From positions 1 through 59,542 of IMG/VR virus record IMGVR_UViG_3300008120_005569: a stretch of 59,542 nucleotides of DNA; one strand, 5' to 3'. Under the pieces are notes generated by a model, which searched no databases, was not told where the DNA came from, and saw only the letters and a program-made list of their open reading frames with translations. This document shows positions 8,324 to 18,154 of the stretch, piece after piece (the stretch's first letter is position 1; each line of letters opens with the position of its first letter). Source of the DNA: a virus. Taxonomy: Duplodnaviria > Caudoviricetes. The position numbers and the translations under genes are program-made.

Positions 8324-9910
8324 ATGAGTAATCAAGCCAAATCGTTAAAGGATATAATAAAAGAAGAATATGCTAAGTGTGCGGCTAATCCCGTATATTT
8401 TATGAAGCGTTATTCTAAAATCCAACACCCAACTCGTGGTAAAATACTTTTTGAATTATATCCATTCCAAGAAGACGTTTTACATCAATTCAATTCAAAT
8501 AGATGGAATATTGTATTAAAATCAAGACAGATGGGAATTTCTACATTAATAGCGGGATATTCCTTGTGGTTGATGTTATTCAATCAAGACAAAAATATCT
8601 TGGTGATTGCTACAAAACAAGAGACTGCAAAAAATCTTGTTACCAAAGTTCGAGTTATGTATGATAATCTTCCAAGTTGGTTAAAGACGGGTGTTCAAGA
8701 AGACAATAAACTATCACTACGTTTCAAAAATGGATCGCAAATAAAAGCGGTATCAGCTGCTGCTGACTCAGCACGTTCAGAAGCTCTCTCACTTCTTATT
8801 ATAGATGAGGCAGCCTTTATTGATGACATAGACGGTATATGGGCATCTGCACAACAGACACTTGCAACGGGTGGTACTGCTATCATAAATTCCACACCAA
8901 ACGGTATTGGTAATTTTTACCACAAACAGTGGGTGAAGGCTAAACTCGGAGAGAGTTCATTCAATCCCGTAGAACTCTTATGGCAGTTACATCCTGACAG
9001 AGACCAAAAGTGGAGGGATGAACAGGACATATTGTTGGGACCAGACATGGCAAAACAAGAGTGTGATGGTAACTTCCTATCATCAGGTCGTTCTGTTATA
9101 GAAGGTGAGTTGGTAAAATGGTATGAAGACACATATATTTGTGAACCAAAAGAAAGACGTGGTGTAGAAGATGCTTATTGGATATGGGATTATCCTGATT
9201 CAAGTAAATCATATATGGTCGTTGCAGACGTTGCTCGTGGTGATGGAAATGACTACTCGGCTTTTCATGTTCTTGATGTTGATAATTTAGAACAGGTGGC
9301 TGAATATAAAGGAAAATTGGATACCAAAAGTTATGGCAATATGTTAGTCTCGGTTGCAACTGAATATAACGATGCACTTCTTGTTGTAGAAAATGCTAAC
9401 ATAGGATGGGCAGTAATTCAACAAATCATTGATAGAGGTTATCCAAATCTTTATTACACATACAAAGAAGATGGTTATATCGATCCATCGATTCATATAC
9501 CAAAGGGATATGACATAAAAGACAAATCTCAAATGGTTCCTGGATTCACAACGAGTTCAAAAACAAGACCATTAATTATTTCAAAATTGGAAACATATTT
9601 CCGTGAAAGAGCACCAATTATAAAATCATCGCGATTAGTAGAGGAATTATATGTCTTTGTTTGGAATGGTTCGAGGGCTGAGGCTCAAACAGGATATAAT
9701 GACGATTTAACCATATCATTCGGAATAGGACTTTGGGTTAGAGACATGGCGCTTAAATTACGTCAAGAGGGTATGATGAAAACAAGACTTAGCTTGGACT
9801 ATATGAATAAATCATCTACTATACATAAAACAAATACATTTGTTCAAAATGATGGTTGGTCTATGAAAGTTAATGGTTCACAAGAAGATTTAACTTGGTT
9901 GATAAAGTAA
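8324..9910 (+). CDS. terL: Terminase large subunit (T4 gp17-like)
   Basis: Walker A region LKSRQMGIST, Walker B LLIIDEAAF, STPNG coupling motif, nuclease motifs ADVARGDGNDYS and NDD. Start placed at ATG 8324. Confidence 0.95.
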   Translation: MSNQAKSLKDIIKEEYAKCAANPVYFMKRYSKIQHPTRGKILFELYPFQEDVLHQFNSNRWNIVLKSRQMGISTLIAGYSLWLMLFNQDKNILVIATKQETAKNLVTKVRVMYDNLPSWLKTGVQEDNKLSLRFKNGSQIKAVSAAADSARSEALSLLIIDEAAFIDDIDGIWASAQQTLATGGTAIINSTPNGIGNFYHKQWVKAKLGESSFNPVELLWQLHPDRDQKWRDEQDILLGPDMAKQECDGNFLSSGRSVIEGELVKWYEDTYICEPKERRGVEDAYWIWDYPDSSKSYMVVADVARGDGNDYSAFHVLDVDNLEQVAEYKGKLDTKSYGNMLVSVATEYNDALLVVENANIGWAVIQQIIDRGYPNLYYTYKEDGYIDPSIHIPKGYDIKDKSQMVPGFTTSSKTRPLIISKLETYFRERAPIIKSSRLVEELYVFVWNGSRAEAQTGYNDDLTISFGIGLWVRDMALKLRQEGMMKTRLSLDYMNKSSTIHKTNTFVQNDGWSMKVNGSQEDLTWLIK

Positions 9911-9968
9911 TTTTCAAAATTTTCAAACATATTTATATTCATGTAAAAGTTAAAATAACAGGTGTTAA

Positions 9969-11843
9969 ATGAGTGAGAAAAGATCATTTTTTGATAGACT
10001 AAAAACATTATTCTCTACAAACGTTGTTGTTAGAAATGTTGGCGGTAAACGATTGAAAGTAGTAGATACTGCTCGATACCAAGCAGACGGGAATCCACAT
10101 ACTTCAAAAGTAATAGACCGATACGGTAGATTACATGGTACAAGAGGAACCCCAATATCAGTCTACAACCAATACAACTCATTTTCAGCCACTAAAATAG
10201 ATTTGTACACAGACTATGAGGCAATGGATACCGATCCAATTGTTGCGTCTGCATTGGATATTTATTCTGATGAGAGTACACTTAAAAACGATCAAGGTGA
10301 TGTACTAACCATAAAAACAGACAACGATAATATACGTAAAATTTTACGTAATCTCTTTTATGATGTATTAAATATAGAATACAATTTATGGCCTTGGACT
10401 CGTAACCTATGTAAATACGGTGATTTTTATTTATACCTTGACGTTAAAGAAGGGTTGGGCGTGACAAACGGTGTACCCTTTTCACCATATGAAATGCAAA
10501 GAGAAGAAGGAACAGATCCTGAACACGTTTATATGACTAAGTTCATTTATGAAGGTCCACTCGGTAAGGGTGAATTTCAAAATTATGAAATAGCACACTT
10601 TAGACTTATCGGTGATACAAACTTTTTGCCGTATGGTAAGTCAATGTTAGAGGGTGGTAGAAAATTATTTAAGCAACTTCTTCTTATGGAAGATGCTATG
10701 CTTATCCATCGTATTATGAGAGCTCCCGAAAAACGTGTATTCAAAGTAGATATAGGAAATATACCACCAGGTGAAGTAGACCAATATATTTCTCAAATGA
10801 TGAACAAGATGAAAAAAGTACCATTCGTTGATGAACGAACAGGACAATATAATTTGCGTTTCAACATGCAAAACCTTTTGGAAGATTTTTATTTGCCTGT
10901 ACGTGGTGCTCAATCAGCAACAACAATAGAAACACTTCCGGGATTACAATATCAAGCAATTGAGGATGTTCAATACCTACAAAGTAAACTGTTTGCAGCT
11001 TTGAAGATACCAAAGGCATTCATGGGATATGATGAAACAACTGAAGGTAAGGCAACGTTAGCTGCATTAGACATTAGATTTGCAAGAACAATTGAACGAG
11101 TTCAGAGAATAGTAATATCCGAATTGACAAAGATTGCTATTGTCCATCTTTATGCTCAAGGATATGAAAATGCTGATTTGGTTAACTTTGAATTGGCATT
11201 AACAGGTCCATCGATTGTTTACGAACAAGAAAAGATAGCTCTTATGAAAGAGAAGGTTGATTTGGCTGGACAGTTAATGGAAAGAAAGTTGTTATCTATG
11301 AAATATATCTATGGTAATATTTTCAATTTAACAGATGATGAGGCTGAATTTGAACGTAATGAAATAATAGAAGATATTAAGCAAATATTCAGACAAAATC
11401 AGATAGAAAACGAAGGTAATGATCCTGTATTAACTAAGGAATCTTTCGGTACACCACATGATATTGCTTCATTGCATACAAAAGGTGGTGCAAAAACGTC
11501 ACAAATAAATGATAATGAAATGCCCGAAGGAGGATGGCCTGGTTCAGGAAGACCAGCTAAAAATCTAAAATATGGAACAGATGACCATGTTTTTGGTAGA
11601 GATCCTATAGGTAAAAAGGATGTTGAAAACACATTAAAAATAAATCGTTCAATGAAATCCAATAATAAGAATACTAATGCATTATCAACTGAAGCAAAAA
11701 GAATGGAAAGTGTTATTAGTAGTATGAGTAATTTCAAGGTAAAGACTAAGGAAATCATCTCTGAAAGTCTTAGACCAGCCTCTAAAAAGGAAGAAATTGA
11801 ACCAAATTTGTTGAATGAGAACAATTTATTGGATGAATTGTAA
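9969..11843 (+). CDS. Portal protein (T4 gp20-like)
   Basis: LMEDAMLIHRIMRAPEKRVFKVDIGN, EDFYLPVRG and IETLPG; directly follows terminase. Confidence 0.95.
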   Translation: MSEKRSFFDRLKTLFSTNVVVRNVGGKRLKVVDTARYQADGNPHTSKVIDRYGRLHGTRGTPISVYNQYNSFSATKIDLYTDYEAMDTDPIVASALDIYSDESTLKNDQGDVLTIKTDNDNIRKILRNLFYDVLNIEYNLWPWTRNLCKYGDFYLYLDVKEGLGVTNGVPFSPYEMQREEGTDPEHVYMTKFIYEGPLGKGEFQNYEIAHFRLIGDTNFLPYGKSMLEGGRKLFKQLLLMEDAMLIHRIMRAPEKRVFKVDIGNIPPGEVDQYISQMMNKMKKVPFVDERTGQYNLRFNMQNLLEDFYLPVRGAQSATTIETLPGLQYQAIEDVQYLQSKLFAALKIPKAFMGYDETTEGKATLAALDIRFARTIERVQRIVISELTKIAIVHLYAQGYENADLVNFELALTGPSIVYEQEKIALMKEKVDLAGQLMERKLLSMKYIYGNIFNLTDDEAEFERNEIIEDIKQIFRQNQIENEGNDPVLTKESFGTPHDIASLHTKGGAKTSQINDNEMPEGGWPGSGRPAKNLKYGTDDHVFGRDPIGKKDVENTLKINRSMKSNNKNTNALSTEAKRMESVISSMSNFKVKTKEIISESLRPASKKEEIEPNLLNENNLLDEL

Positions 11844-11903
11844 ATAAATAATTTTTTTTCTATATTTATTCTATGAAAGTGTACACAATTGGTATTAAAC
11901 AAT

Positions 11904-12746
11904 ATGAAGAAAATAAAACATTCAAAGTTTAAAAATACTGGAATGTTATTTGAGCTTTTAACCCGCCAAATAACATCGGATATTATTTCATCAAAGGAGT
12001 CTGTAGCAATTCAACTATTGCGAAAGCACTTTGGTAAAAATACCGAATTGATAAAAGAGTATAAACTTTATAAGACTCTATCGGATGAAAAGTTAAAATC
12101 CGATAATAAAGCATGTATGCTTATCGAAGCTGCTATAAAAACACGTAAAGGATTGGACAGACAAAAGTTGAGCCAAGAAAAATACGAGTTGATAAAGGCA
12201 ATCAAAGAAAATTTTGATATTAATTCCTTCTTCCAAACAAAAGTACAAAATTATAAACTTTTGGCCTCAATATACAAAATATTTGAGTACAAAGAAATGG
12301 ATAATCCAATGGAATTGACAAAATCAAGGATTACCATATTAGAGAATATAACATCAAAGACACCAACCACTGTGATAAATGAAACAGTAGATTTATCAAC
12401 CCAACCAAAAGACCTAAGACTTCTATCGCAAAAACTTTTAGTAGAAAAATTCAACAAAAAATATAGCGATTTAAATGACTCACAAAAGGTAATTTTACGT
12501 GAATACATAAGTAATGTAAGTAATACCAACAATTTTAAGTCTATGGTGCAAGCTGAAGCGGTTGCTTTGAGAGAAATCTTCACAAAGAACATCCACAGGG
12601 TACAAGACAAATCATTAAAAATAAAATTAGCAGAAATAGTAAACCTATTGGATGAATATGAAAACATTAAAAAGGTTGAAGAAAATCATGTATCTGCTAT
12701 ATTAAGATATTACAGTTTAATAGAAGATTTATCGTGGAGTAAATAA
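11904..12746 (+). CDS. Hypothetical head-module protein (helical)
   Basis: Begins MKKIKHSKFKNTGMLFELL; lies between portal and protease. Start placed at ATG 11904. Confidence 0.7.
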   Translation: MKKIKHSKFKNTGMLFELLTRQITSDIISSKESVAIQLLRKHFGKNTELIKEYKLYKTLSDEKLKSDNKACMLIEAAIKTRKGLDRQKLSQEKYELIKAIKENFDINSFFQTKVQNYKLLASIYKIFEYKEMDNPMELTKSRITILENITSKTPTTVINETVDLSTQPKDLRLLSQKLLVEKFNKKYSDLNDSQKVILREYISNVSNTNNFKSMVQAEAVALREIFTKNIHRVQDKSLKIKLAEIVNLLDEYENIKKVEENHVSAILRYYSLIEDLSWSK

Positions 12747-13057
12747 TGTCAACACCAAATGAAATACATCCGTATAGTTATCCAACATCATCTGCAACTG
12801 ATTTTAAGAGATTAGGACACCCTGGTAAATGGAAAAAATCTATGTCAGTTTCTGGAACAACATGGTTTACGGGATCTAACTACGGTGTTGGTGCTCTCAT
12901 GCCTATAGGAACCGCGGCTGGAACAGCACATTTAAGCGATGGTGGTACTATAAACTTAGCTCATTTAAAAGATGGACAAGTCTATGAGTTATCAGTTTCC
13001 CACATTGAAGGCGGATCGAATGTATATGCCTTATTTAGAAACCAAGTTATTAGGTAA
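12746..13057 (+). CDS. Hypothetical protein
   Basis: 103-aa ORF coupled to the previous stop (TAATG), GGAG upstream. Confidence 0.65.
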   Translation: MSTPNEIHPYSYPTSSATDFKRLGHPGKWKKSMSVSGTTWFTGSNYGVGALMPIGTAAGTAHLSDGGTINLAHLKDGQVYELSVSHIEGGSNVYALFRNQVIR

Positions 13058-13061
13058 TTGT

Positions 13062-13583
13062 ATGAAGACGGAACAATTCATAAAAAAAATATTGGAATCA
13101 GAAGACTTCAGAATATTTGAAGATGAAGGTGGAGCGGGTAATGTCACTGCAAACGTTGACGGTTATCAAACCCCCAAAGCTTTTGCTAAAGATGAAGACG
13201 ATTTTGAAAAGCACGTAAAAGATAGGGCAGAAATGTTTGGATATAAAACTGTTGGTAAAAGTAAACACAAACATTTTAAGCCCGTATATGCAACTGAATC
13301 AAAATCCGATTATAAAAAAATGATGGACATTCTACAAGAAGCTACTTATAAAGATTATAAGAATGATGATACAAGAAGTACGAATAGAAAAATAAATGAT
13401 TCCATACAGAGTATAAATAAAAGTATGTATGAAGTTGAACGTGCAGTAGAACATGCACTTAAATTAAAAACAGAAATGAGTGTTGACCAAAGAACATTGT
13501 GGGGCTCTTCAATATCAAGAATGAGAAAAATATCAGAAAGAGTGAACAGGATAACTAAAAAAATAAATGAATTGGGTGCTTAA
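13062..13583 (+). CDS. Hypothetical head/core protein
   Basis: AGGT RBS; YQTPKAF motif; coiled-coil C-terminus. Start placed at ATG 13062. Confidence 0.65.
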   Translation: MKTEQFIKKILESEDFRIFEDEGGAGNVTANVDGYQTPKAFAKDEDDFEKHVKDRAEMFGYKTVGKSKHKHFKPVYATESKSDYKKMMDILQEATYKDYKNDDTRSTNRKINDSIQSINKSMYEVERAVEHALKLKTEMSVDQRTLWGSSISRMRKISERVNRITKKINELGA

Positions 13584-13584
13584 C

Positions 13585-14247
13585 ATGAAACAATTACTCA
13601 TAGACACTATGCTATTTCAAGTGAGTCCATCGCAGATAAACGAATCAACGTCAAAAAATGGTCGTGTTATCGTAGAAGGAGTCTTACAGAGAGCGGAAGC
13701 AAAGAATCAAAATGGTAGAATATATCCTAAAAAGATTCTAATGCGAGAAGTTAAGAAATATGCCGAGACTAACATAAAAGAAAATAGAGCTTTAGGTGAG
13801 TTAGATCATCCCGATTCATCGGTAATAAACCTTAAAAATGTTTGTCACAACGTTTTGGGTGTAAAGTGGGTTGGTGATGATGTAGTTGGTCGTGTTGAAA
13901 TCCTACCAACACCATCGGGAAATATACTAAAAAATCTATTGATGGCTGGCATTCGTTTAGGTATTTCATCGAGAGGATTGGGTTCAGTGAGAGAAATAAA
14001 CGAAAGTACAGTTGAAGTACAAGACGATTTTGAATTGATTGGATGGGATTTCGTATCAAACCCATCAACACATGGTGCCTTTATGTTCCCCGTTAAAGGT
14101 GGTGTAAACGAGAATATAATAACTGAATCGGTTGGTCATAATAAAAAATATATTGTAGACCAAAAATTAAATCGTATTCATAATAATATAACAAACATTA
14201 TTTGTGAAATAGGAAATGTTTGTGAATGTATAATTGGAGATAGATGA
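13585..14247 (+). CDS. Prohead core protease (T4 gp21-like)
   Basis: NQNGRIYP, ALGELDHP, GISSRGLGS and DFVSNPS motifs. Confidence 0.95.
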   Translation: MKQLLIDTMLFQVSPSQINESTSKNGRVIVEGVLQRAEAKNQNGRIYPKKILMREVKKYAETNIKENRALGELDHPDSSVINLKNVCHNVLGVKWVGDDVVGRVEILPTPSGNILKNLLMAGIRLGISSRGLGSVREINESTVEVQDDFELIGWDFVSNPSTHGAFMFPVKGGVNENIITESVGHNKKYIVDQKLNRIHNNITNIICEIGNVCECIIGDR

Positions 14248-14852
14248 TGCCGGCATTTTCTCAACAGCAGCAAAAATTGATGGGATTGGCACTTGCCTAT
14301 AAAAGAGGTGATGTTCCTGATTCAAAAGTAAGTCCAAAAATTAAAAAATTGGCAGATGCTATGTCTGAAAAGGAATTGGAGAAATATGCGAGTACCAAAC
14401 ATAAAGGGCTTCCAACAAAAGTTAGTGAAACCGATAAATCGAAAAAAATATCAAGGGAAGAACTAAATCAATTAGTTTCCGATGCGGTTGAAGAAGTTAT
14501 GAAAGAACGTTTTAGTGTTAAAAAATTAACCCCTGAACAAAAAAAACAATACATAGAAGCAATATCAAACTATAAAAATTATGAAAATTTGATTTATAGA
14601 TCCAATCAATTGCCACAGGCGGTTGCGGAAATAAAAAGTATGGTTGAATTTGCAAGTAAAAATATGATTGAAGAATCTGGTGATTGGTTTGATGGTATAT
14701 CAACATCAAGAAACTCAAAACAATTAAAAGAATCCTTCAAAGAATTTGAAAAGTTAAGTGAAAAAATAACAAAATTACAAAGAAACTTAGAATCTATCTA
14801 CGAAAATATAGGAAGACACTTCAGTAGATTCTACGAAATAAAAAACAAATAA
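14244..14852 (+). CDS. DUF3008-like N-terminal domain + coiled-coil protein
   Basis: MPAFSQQQQKLMGLALAYKRG...MSEKELEKYASTKHKGLP. Confidence 0.65.
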   Translation: MMPAFSQQQQKLMGLALAYKRGDVPDSKVSPKIKKLADAMSEKELEKYASTKHKGLPTKVSETDKSKKISREELNQLVSDAVEEVMKERFSVKKLTPEQKKQYIEAISNYKNYENLIYRSNQLPQAVAEIKSMVEFASKNMIEESGDWFDGISTSRNSKQLKESFKEFEKLSEKITKLQRNLESIYENIGRHFSRFYEIKNK

Positions 14853-14863
14853 AAGGATATGTT

Positions 14864-15094
14864 ATGAGTGACAGAGTTTATAGTACAACACCAAAACCAG
14901 CCCATGTAAAAGTAAAGGCAAATGGAATGGATATTGACATAATGATAAAGATTTTTAAGAGAAAGGTAAAAGAGGCCGGAATCTTAGAAGAATATAAAGA
15001 AAGAATGGAATATGTAAAACCTTCAAAACGCCGTGTAGAAAGAAAAAATGCGGCTGTTAGAAGACAAAAAAAATTAGACATGGAAAATTTTTGA
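14864..15094 (+). CDS. rpsU: Phage-encoded ribosomal protein bS21
   Basis: IDIMIKIFKRKVKEAGILEEYKERMEYVKPSKRR...AAVRR matches the S21 pattern; 76 aa, basic; AAGGA RBS. Confidence 0.9.
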   Translation: MSDRVYSTTPKPAHVKVKANGMDIDIMIKIFKRKVKEAGILEEYKERMEYVKPSKRRVERKNAAVRRQKKLDMENF

Positions 15095-15241
15095 TTTTTT
15101 TTCATGTTTTTAAAAAATAGCTGATATTTATAATAATAATACCCTATTCAATTAAGAAATTATAATATCTTAATATATGGGGTCTATACTTTTTTTTATT
15201 GATTGGCGTTGATAATAACACCAAATAGTTGGAGATTTCAA

Positions 15242-16381
15242 ATGAATGACTTACTTAAAGAAGCGATAGCAGATGCTAAAGCAGTTCGTGAAGTTGCTCT
15301 TGCAAACGCGAAACTTGCTTTAGAAGAAGCTTTCACACCACGTCTCCAATCCATGCTTTCACAAAAGCTTTCCGAAGAGGCCGAAATGGATGATGAAGAA
15401 TCCAAAGAGGTTGAAGAAGAAGGTTTCTTTAATGAATTTGCTATGGGTGAGGGAGAAGACGAAACAGAAGGTGACGAGGGCGGACACGATGATGAAGCTC
15501 ACGGTGAGAAAAAAGAAGAAGGTGCTAACTACGATGAAGTAGATGAGTACTTTGCAGAGATGGAAAATCCAGAGGATGAGACTAAAGAAGAAGGCCGATA
15601 TGAGGCTGAACATTCTGATGAAGAACCTATGGGTGAAGCTGAAAACGAAGATGAAGAAGAAATTGATGAAGACTTGATGGAGATTATCCGTCAGTTAGAA
15701 GAAGATTTAGGCTCTTCAGAAATCGGTAAAGGCGATAACAAAAAACCATCTGCAAAAGCTTCTGATGATTCTACACAAGATCCTGCTGGAAGTCAAAAAG
15801 TGGTACAGCTTGTTGAGGAAGAAGAAGAAAAAGTTGACGAAGCTAAAGAAGAAGATGAAGACGTTAACGAAATTCTTCGTGCAATACGTGAAGAAGATGA
15901 TAAAGAAGAAAAAGTTGATGAAGCAAGTGAATTGGACATTAACGAAATTCTTCGTGCTCTTCGTGAAGAAGAAGATGAAGAAGAAAAAGTTGATGAAGCT
16001 AAGAGCGATGAGGAATTAGAAGAAGCAAATGCTAAACTACGTGAAGCATATGCGGTAATCACATTCTTGCGTTCAAAAATCAATGAAGTTAATCTCTTGA
16101 ATTCAAAACTTTTGTTCTCTAACAAAATTTTCAAGAAGCATTCCTTGACTGAGAATCAAAAACTCACGGTTATTGAAAACTTTGATCGTGCTTCTAGCTT
16201 GCGAGAAGTTAAATTGGTGTTTGCAACCCTTTCTGAGGCATTAAAGTCAGCTAAGACTAACGTTAAACCTTTGAAAGAATCGTTTGCAAGTAAACCAATT
16301 GCAAGCACTCGTCCAAAAACAATCATCAATGAAGGTGATGACATGGCGAGCCGTTTACGTAAATTAGCTGGTTTAAAATAA
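15242..16381 (+). CDS. Prohead scaffold/core protein (highly acidic)
   Basis: LLKEAIADAKAVRE...ALEEAFTP, Glu-rich middle, NEVNLLNSKLLF, ends RLRKLAGL; directly upstream of MCP. GGAG RBS, ATG 15242. Confidence 0.8.
   Translation: MNDLLKEAIADAKAVREVALANAKLALEEAFTPRLQSMLSQKLSEEAEMDDEESKEVEEEGFFNEFAMGEGEDETEGDEGGHDDEAHGEKKEEGANYDEVDEYFAEMENPEDETKEEGRYEAEHSDEEPMGEAENEDEEEIDEDLMEIIRQLEEDLGSSEIGKGDNKKPSAKASDDSTQDPAGSQKVVQLVEEEEEKVDEAKEEDEDVNEILRAIREEDDKEEKVDEASELDINEILRALREEEDEEEKVDEAKSDEELEEANAKLREAYAVITFLRSKINEVNLLNSKLLFSNKIFKKHSLTENQKLTVIENFDRASSLREVKLVFATLSEALKSAKTNVKPLKESFASKPIASTRPKTIINEGDDMASRLRKLAGLK
15821..16003 (+). repeat. Internal tandem duplication in scaffold (EEKVDEA x3; NEILRA(I/L)REE x2)
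   Basis: gaagaaaaagttga(c/t)gaagc occurs three times and aacgaaattcttcgtgc twice. Confidence 0.85.
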
Positions 16382-16398
16382 TAATTTAGGATAAAACA

Positions 16399-18048
16399 AT
16401 GAGTATACAATCACTTTTAGGCTCTACGACTAATGCTCATAGACGCCTACTTGAAGAAAACAAAGGCATTGTTAAGAAGTGGGAGAAATCTGGCCTTCTT
16501 GACAACATTTCAGCAGAGTATGAAAAGAACGGTATTGCTGTTCTTCTCGAAAATCAGGCAAAACAACTTATCGATGAATCAAATCGTACAGGTACACAAG
16601 GTGGTTCCGAAGAATGGGCTGGCGTAGCTCTTCCTTTGGTTCGCCGTATTTTCTCAGAAATCGCTGCTAAAGATTTCGTTTCCGTGCAACCAATGAGTTT
16701 GCCATCAGGTCTCGTATTCTTCCTCGATTTCAAATATGGAACAGCACAACCTGGATTTGCAACAGGTGCTGGTAAAGATTCACAAGCAGATTCAGTATTT
16801 GGTGTAACAGGTAAAGAAGCTAAAAATGCTGATCCTACAGGTGGTCTTTATGGTGCAGGCAGATTTGGTTATTCAATCAATGAAGCAACAACTTCTCTCC
16901 TCACCGCAACACCATCAACAGTTAATGCTGGTAACTGTGCATATGGTTCAGTATCAACATCAACACCTTCAATCTATCAATTCGATTCAGAATTTGAAGA
17001 TGCTTTTGCAGCTGATTTAGCCGCGGGTGATATTGAAACAGTTACAGTATCCGCTTTGTCAATGGATAACCATGATAAAGAAGCGATTCGTGCTTTCAAA
17101 ATTAGTGGTTCAGGTATTCTCGAATACTATCCACAGTACACAACATCCAATACAGCAGATTCTCAAGTAACATTCGTTGTTCGTAAGACTGGTACAATTG
17201 GTGATGCTATGGTATGGTATGAAAAGCAACCAACTGCAACAAGCCGTGGTGACTTTGAAGAAGGTGCAACACAAACAGGTGCAACACTTGACATTCCTGA
17301 ATTGAACTTAGAACTTCGTTCTGAGCCAATTGTAGCGAAAACACGTAAGTTGAAGGCAGTTTGGACACCTGAATTTGCACAAGACTTGAATGCTTATCAC
17401 TCAATCGATGCTGAAGCAGAATTAACATCAATGTTGTCCGAGTACATTTCTCAAGAAATTGACCTTGAAATTCTCGATATGCTTATCAAGAATGCTCAAA
17501 CAACAGAAAGATGGTCTGCACGTGTTGGTCGTACATACGATGCTGCTACAGGTCTCTTTGCAGATTATTCAGCTGCTCAGGCACAGGCATCTGCTTTCAA
17601 TCAACAAACTTGGTTCCAAACACTTGGCACTAAGATTCAAAAAGTATCTAACATTATTCATCAGAAGACACTTCGTGGTGGTGCAAACTTCTTGGTTTGT
17701 TCCCCTCAAGTTGCTACACTTCTTGAATCAATGCCTGGATATGCAGTTGATGGTGAAGGTATGAAGTTTGCAATGGGTGTACAAAAAGTTGGTCAACTTA
17801 ATGGTAGAATTACTGTTTATAAGAACCCATACATGCTTGAAAATCAAGTATTGGTTGGTTTCCGTGGAACACAATTCCTCGAAACAGGTGCGGTATATGC
17901 TCCATATATCCCACTCGTAATGACACCATTGGTATACGATCCAACAAACTTTACACCACGTAAAGGCGTAATGACACGTTATGCTAAGAAGATTGTTCGT
18001 CCCGAATTCTATGGTTTGATCCAAATCGAATCATTGGGTGACATCTAA
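16399..18048 (+). CDS. Major capsid protein (T4 gp23-like)
   Basis: AVLLENQ, PLVRR, VQPM..PSGLVF, AKTRKLKAVWTPEFAQDLNAYHSIDAEAEL, YAPYIPL, F.PRKGVMTRY. Confidence 0.97.
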   Translation: MSIQSLLGSTTNAHRRLLEENKGIVKKWEKSGLLDNISAEYEKNGIAVLLENQAKQLIDESNRTGTQGGSEEWAGVALPLVRRIFSEIAAKDFVSVQPMSLPSGLVFFLDFKYGTAQPGFATGAGKDSQADSVFGVTGKEAKNADPTGGLYGAGRFGYSINEATTSLLTATPSTVNAGNCAYGSVSTSTPSIYQFDSEFEDAFAADLAAGDIETVTVSALSMDNHDKEAIRAFKISGSGILEYYPQYTTSNTADSQVTFVVRKTGTIGDAMVWYEKQPTATSRGDFEEGATQTGATLDIPELNLELRSEPIVAKTRKLKAVWTPEFAQDLNAYHSIDAEAELTSMLSEYISQEIDLEILDMLIKNAQTTERWSARVGRTYDAATGLFADYSAAQAQASAFNQQTWFQTLGTKIQKVSNIIHQKTLRGGANFLVCSPQVATLLESMPGYAVDGEGMKFAMGVQKVGQLNGRITVYKNPYMLENQVLVGFRGTQFLETGAVYAPYIPLVMTPLVYDPTNFTPRKGVMTRYAKKIVRPEFYGLIQIESLGDI

Positions 18049-18073
18049 TAGTTTAATTTGTTGGTATAGAATG

Positions 18074-18110
18074 TGGTTGTTCGGTAATCCCGAACAACCA
18101 TTTTTTTTTT
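18074..18110 (+). terminator. Rho-independent terminator after MCP
   Basis: Perfect 11-bp stem TGGTTGTTCGG/CCGAACAACCA, 5-nt loop, then T10. Confidence 0.92.
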
Positions 18111-18154
18111 ATGTACACCACGATTTTTTTATTAAAAAAAACTATTTATTACTA

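Noticed and set aside
11873-11932. 19-codon upstream ORF starting 3 nt after the 11862 motif
   Set aside because: Out of frame with the main gene, with no supporting features; expected by chance in AT-rich DNA.
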